A stretch of DNA of 64,000 nt from assembly GCA_051294375.1 (NCBI GenBank), contig CM119271.1, forward strand, positions 6,065,991 to 6,129,990, in the 5' to 3' direction. The stretch is from Paraspadella gotoi (taxonomy: Eukaryota > Animalia > Chaetognatha). Shown here in pieces: positions 61,516 to 64,000 of the stretch. How positions within the stretch are numbered: position 1 is the first letter of the stretch; the number at the start of each line of letters is the position of its first letter. Below the pieces are notes generated by a model. That model was not told the origin of the DNA. It was given only the letters and a program-made list of their open reading frames with translations, and did no database searches. Made by a program: the position numbers and the translations under genes.

Positions 61516-64000
61516 ATGCTTAATTCGGAACCCAATAAGGAAACCGGGGAATTCATCGCTACAGACCCTCGGAATTTCCTTGAGCCCAACATCCTCCTGC
61601 CTTCGGAAATTGCTCGCCTCGTTCTGGGTTACCTCCGCGAAAATGGTTTGCCCTCTTCGAGCGCCACCTTTCTGCAGGAGAGTCAGGATTTGGACGAATA
61701 CCGTCGCGTCTCTGACTGTGGTAAAAACATCTCCACTTCCGTCGGCGGCCTCACGCTCGTCGATATGCTCGAGGAATATTGCACTTTAAAACTTCAAAGG
61801 TTGGTTTCGGATGATCCGCGTCAAAAGAGAATTACCGACACTTGGGAAAGGTTTGAAAAGCTCATGAGTATGCAGCGTTTGGTAGCTAATCAACTCAAGT
61901 GCTTCGCGTACTTGGAAGTAAATAAACAACCGCTGGGAAACAAGTCCTCTCGAGTCCAAGGGAGCCGATCACGCAACGCCAACAGTGAGCTGCGAAGACG
62001 TCGAGCTTTGAAAACTCCTAACCTCGCTCCTAAAGCGACCTCTGGCGATCATCATCCGACTTCATACTCAACAAATCCATTTGGTCACGCAACGCCCACA
62101 CTTGTTCCAATAAATTCGCCAGCGGTTCCTTTAACGATAAACACTTACCCGGAGAAAAATCCCGAGGCGCTGCCCTCATGCAGCACCTTAGAAGAAGTAA
62201 TCACCAAAACCATTGGCTCACCTCCGCGAGAAAGTCCTAGTAACGAAGCCGATGCGAAAAAAAGCGTTCGTCGTTCTCCGAGACGAAAGTTGCAAACGCC
62301 AAGAAAAGGAAAAGCGACGGTCAATCATGGCGCTCAATCATCGTTCGTCGGTGACGTTGGGCTTTCCGCCCAAGAGTTCGAAGACTGGTTGGCAAAACTT
62401 GAGACCACTGATTTTCCTAATAAAATCGCTCAAATCGCGAACGAAGCGATCATGGGAAAGGACTCTGTAAGTATGAGTGCGGTCATGGAAAACTCGTCGA
62501 AGATAATGCCCGACTCCCTTGTTCGAAACAGAAATTCCTCGGAATCTGAACGAGTTTTAGACGACCTCATCAATCAATCGAAACCTATAACAACCGATAT
62601 CTTGGACGGTCTCGTCTCTTGGATGGAAAAATCGGAAGAATGCGGGTCCTTGCTAAGCATGTTTAACTGCAGCTCTAACGTTCTAAGCGGAGATTTGAAT
62701 CAAACTTTTCAAGTAAATTCTATGCAGAAGGAACCGTCAAAAGTTCTCGTTGCAACCAATTCACAAATTCTCCCGGATGGAACGCTTAATGTCGATGAAG
62801 CGGCCAAAGAGCATCTCTCGAAAGTCGCTTCCGTTTCTGTCGATAACGCCGTTGCACCTTCTCCGATCGACGCCGCTGCACCTGTTCCTTTTGACACTAC
62901 CTCCTCGTTCTCTATCTCTGAAACGCCGAGCAAACGAACCGCCACCGGAGATTGCTATTCCAGCATAACTATAGATTTTGGAAATCTTCTCAAGCCGCCT
63001 CCTACGTCGAGCGAGGACTTACCGATCAGTTCGTCAGTTGATCCAGCGGTGCAGAGAAACCTAACAGAACGGTACATATTACCTAAGCCTTGCCCCGACG
63101 TAAAAGTTTACTCATCTGCGGAAGACAAAATATGTCACGAACCAACATCGAACAACAAGACGATTGTGGAAGCAGGACCTCCAAAAACTTTTCAGAAAAA
63201 CCGTCAACGTAAGCAAAATATCGTCGTGACGGAAGAAAAAGTTGAGATCGTCACCACGAATATTGAGACTCCCGTTAAGTTAACTTCGGCTCCAGGTTTA
63301 GAATCACGGGATGGCCCCCAAGAAGTTGCATTGTCCGAATTAAATCCTCTGACGAGAAGTAAATGGAAAAATTCTAACGAAGAAACGAACCAGACCGATT
63401 TAGCCGCGAAGAAATCGTCTCATATTAGGAAGTTTCATGGGGAATCTACCCAGGGAAAGTCTATCTCTGCTTATGTTGACTCGGCCCCAGAAGAATCTGG
63501 TCGTGGGGAATCGAACTCCGAACAATCGACGAAGTCTTTGAGCACGCTTACTTCATCAGAAAGCAATAATAATGAAAAAACGAAACTAGCTATAAATACT
63601 CGTTTGCTGGAAACTTTGCCAGAAAAATCTCAGATGATTGAATCAAAGGATTCCTCCAGTGGAGCGCCAGAAAACAAATCATTTTTGACCAACTCGGATT
63701 CGTTTCGTAAAAAATTAAACTCGATTGATCTCGTGACCGCTTCTTCGTTCTTGTCCGGCCGAAAATCTCTGAAAAAGAAAAAGACAAAAACACGCGCGAC
63801 TGTCCTAGATCCTGACCTCAAAACTAAATCTGTGACGGAAGATTCCGAGGAAACTATTGAACAAGTCCAATTTGGTGCGATTTCCCGCCCAAAAGTCGAG
63901 TTTGAGCATTCTGAGACAAATCAGCCTCATTCTGTTGTTTTAGACGAATCGACGGCTCATTCTTTTTCGTCGCTCGATACGACACAAATGTTCGAAACAC
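61516..64000 (+). CDS. NPAT: NPAT/Mxc-like histone-locus-body scaffold; partial, appears open to the right edge
   Basis: N-terminal LisH ILLPSEIARLVLGYLRENGL..SATFLQES.DLDEY followed by Ser/Thr-rich disordered sequence. In-frame ATG at 61516. It is absent from the ORF track, consistent with no stop inside the window. Confidence 0.82.
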   Translation, partial: MLNSEPNKETGEFIATDPRNFLEPNILLPSEIARLVLGYLRENGLPSSSATFLQESQDLDEYRRVSDCGKNISTSVGGLTLVDMLEEYCTLKLQRLVSDDPRQKRITDTWERFEKLMSMQRLVANQLKCFAYLEVNKQPLGNKSSRVQGSRSRNANSELRRRRALKTPNLAPKATSGDHHPTSYSTNPFGHATPTLVPINSPAVPLTINTYPEKNPEALPSCSTLEEVITKTIGSPPRESPSNEADAKKSVRRSPRRKLQTPRKGKATVNHGAQSSFVGDVGLSAQEFEDWLAKLETTDFPNKIAQIANEAIMGKDSVSMSAVMENSSKIMPDSLVRNRNSSESERVLDDLINQSKPITTDILDGLVSWMEKSEECGSLLSMFNCSSNVLSGDLNQTFQVNSMQKEPSKVLVATNSQILPDGTLNVDEAAKEHLSKVASVSVDNAVAPSPIDAAAPVPFDTTSSFSISETPSKRTATGDCYSSITIDFGNLLKPPPTSSEDLPISSSVDPAVQRNLTERYILPKPCPDVKVYSSAEDKICHEPTSNNKTIVEAGPPKTFQKNRQRKQNIVVTEEKVEIVTTNIETPVKLTSAPGLESRDGPQEVALSELNPLTRSKWKNSNEETNQTDLAAKKSSHIRKFHGESTQGKSISAYVDSAPEESGRGESNSEQSTKSLSTLTSSESNNNEKTKLAINTRLLETLPEKSQMIESKDSSSGAPENKSFLTNSDSFRKKLNSIDLVTASSFLSGRKSLKKKKTKTRATVLDPDLKTKSVTEDSEETIEQVQFGAISRPKVEFEHSETNQPHSVVLDESTAHSFSSLDTTQMFET

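Overview
Eukaryotic (animal-like) genomic DNA with GC-rich exons and AT-rich, repeat-laden introns. The first ~30.7 kb is the 5' part of an intron-rich axonemal dynein heavy chain gene (DNAH10-like, minus strand), which continues past the left edge. Its introns hold two intact tRNA-Asn genes, MITEs and Helentron-like repeats. From ~31.5 kb to the end all protein genes are on the plus strand: a RING-H2 E3 ligase (with an intronic Penelope-like retroelement), a carbonyl reductase plus a decayed copy, METTL2, RPS9, INTS3, XPOT, an RRM-MYND-Tudor protein and NPAT (runs off the right edge). Their tight packing suggests a trans-spliced operon. The most notable unannotated signal, found by manual folding, is a set of circularly permuted (type-P5) twister-ribozyme motifs at five loci, in four sequence-unrelated repeat families. 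Three families place the motif directly behind a tRNA-like/Pol III head. One family forms a ~345-bp head-to-tail array resembling a retrozyme. In all four, the P1 hairpin is replaced by a 6-8 nt palindrome. Ribozyme calls were made by eye and have not been tested computationally or experimentally.
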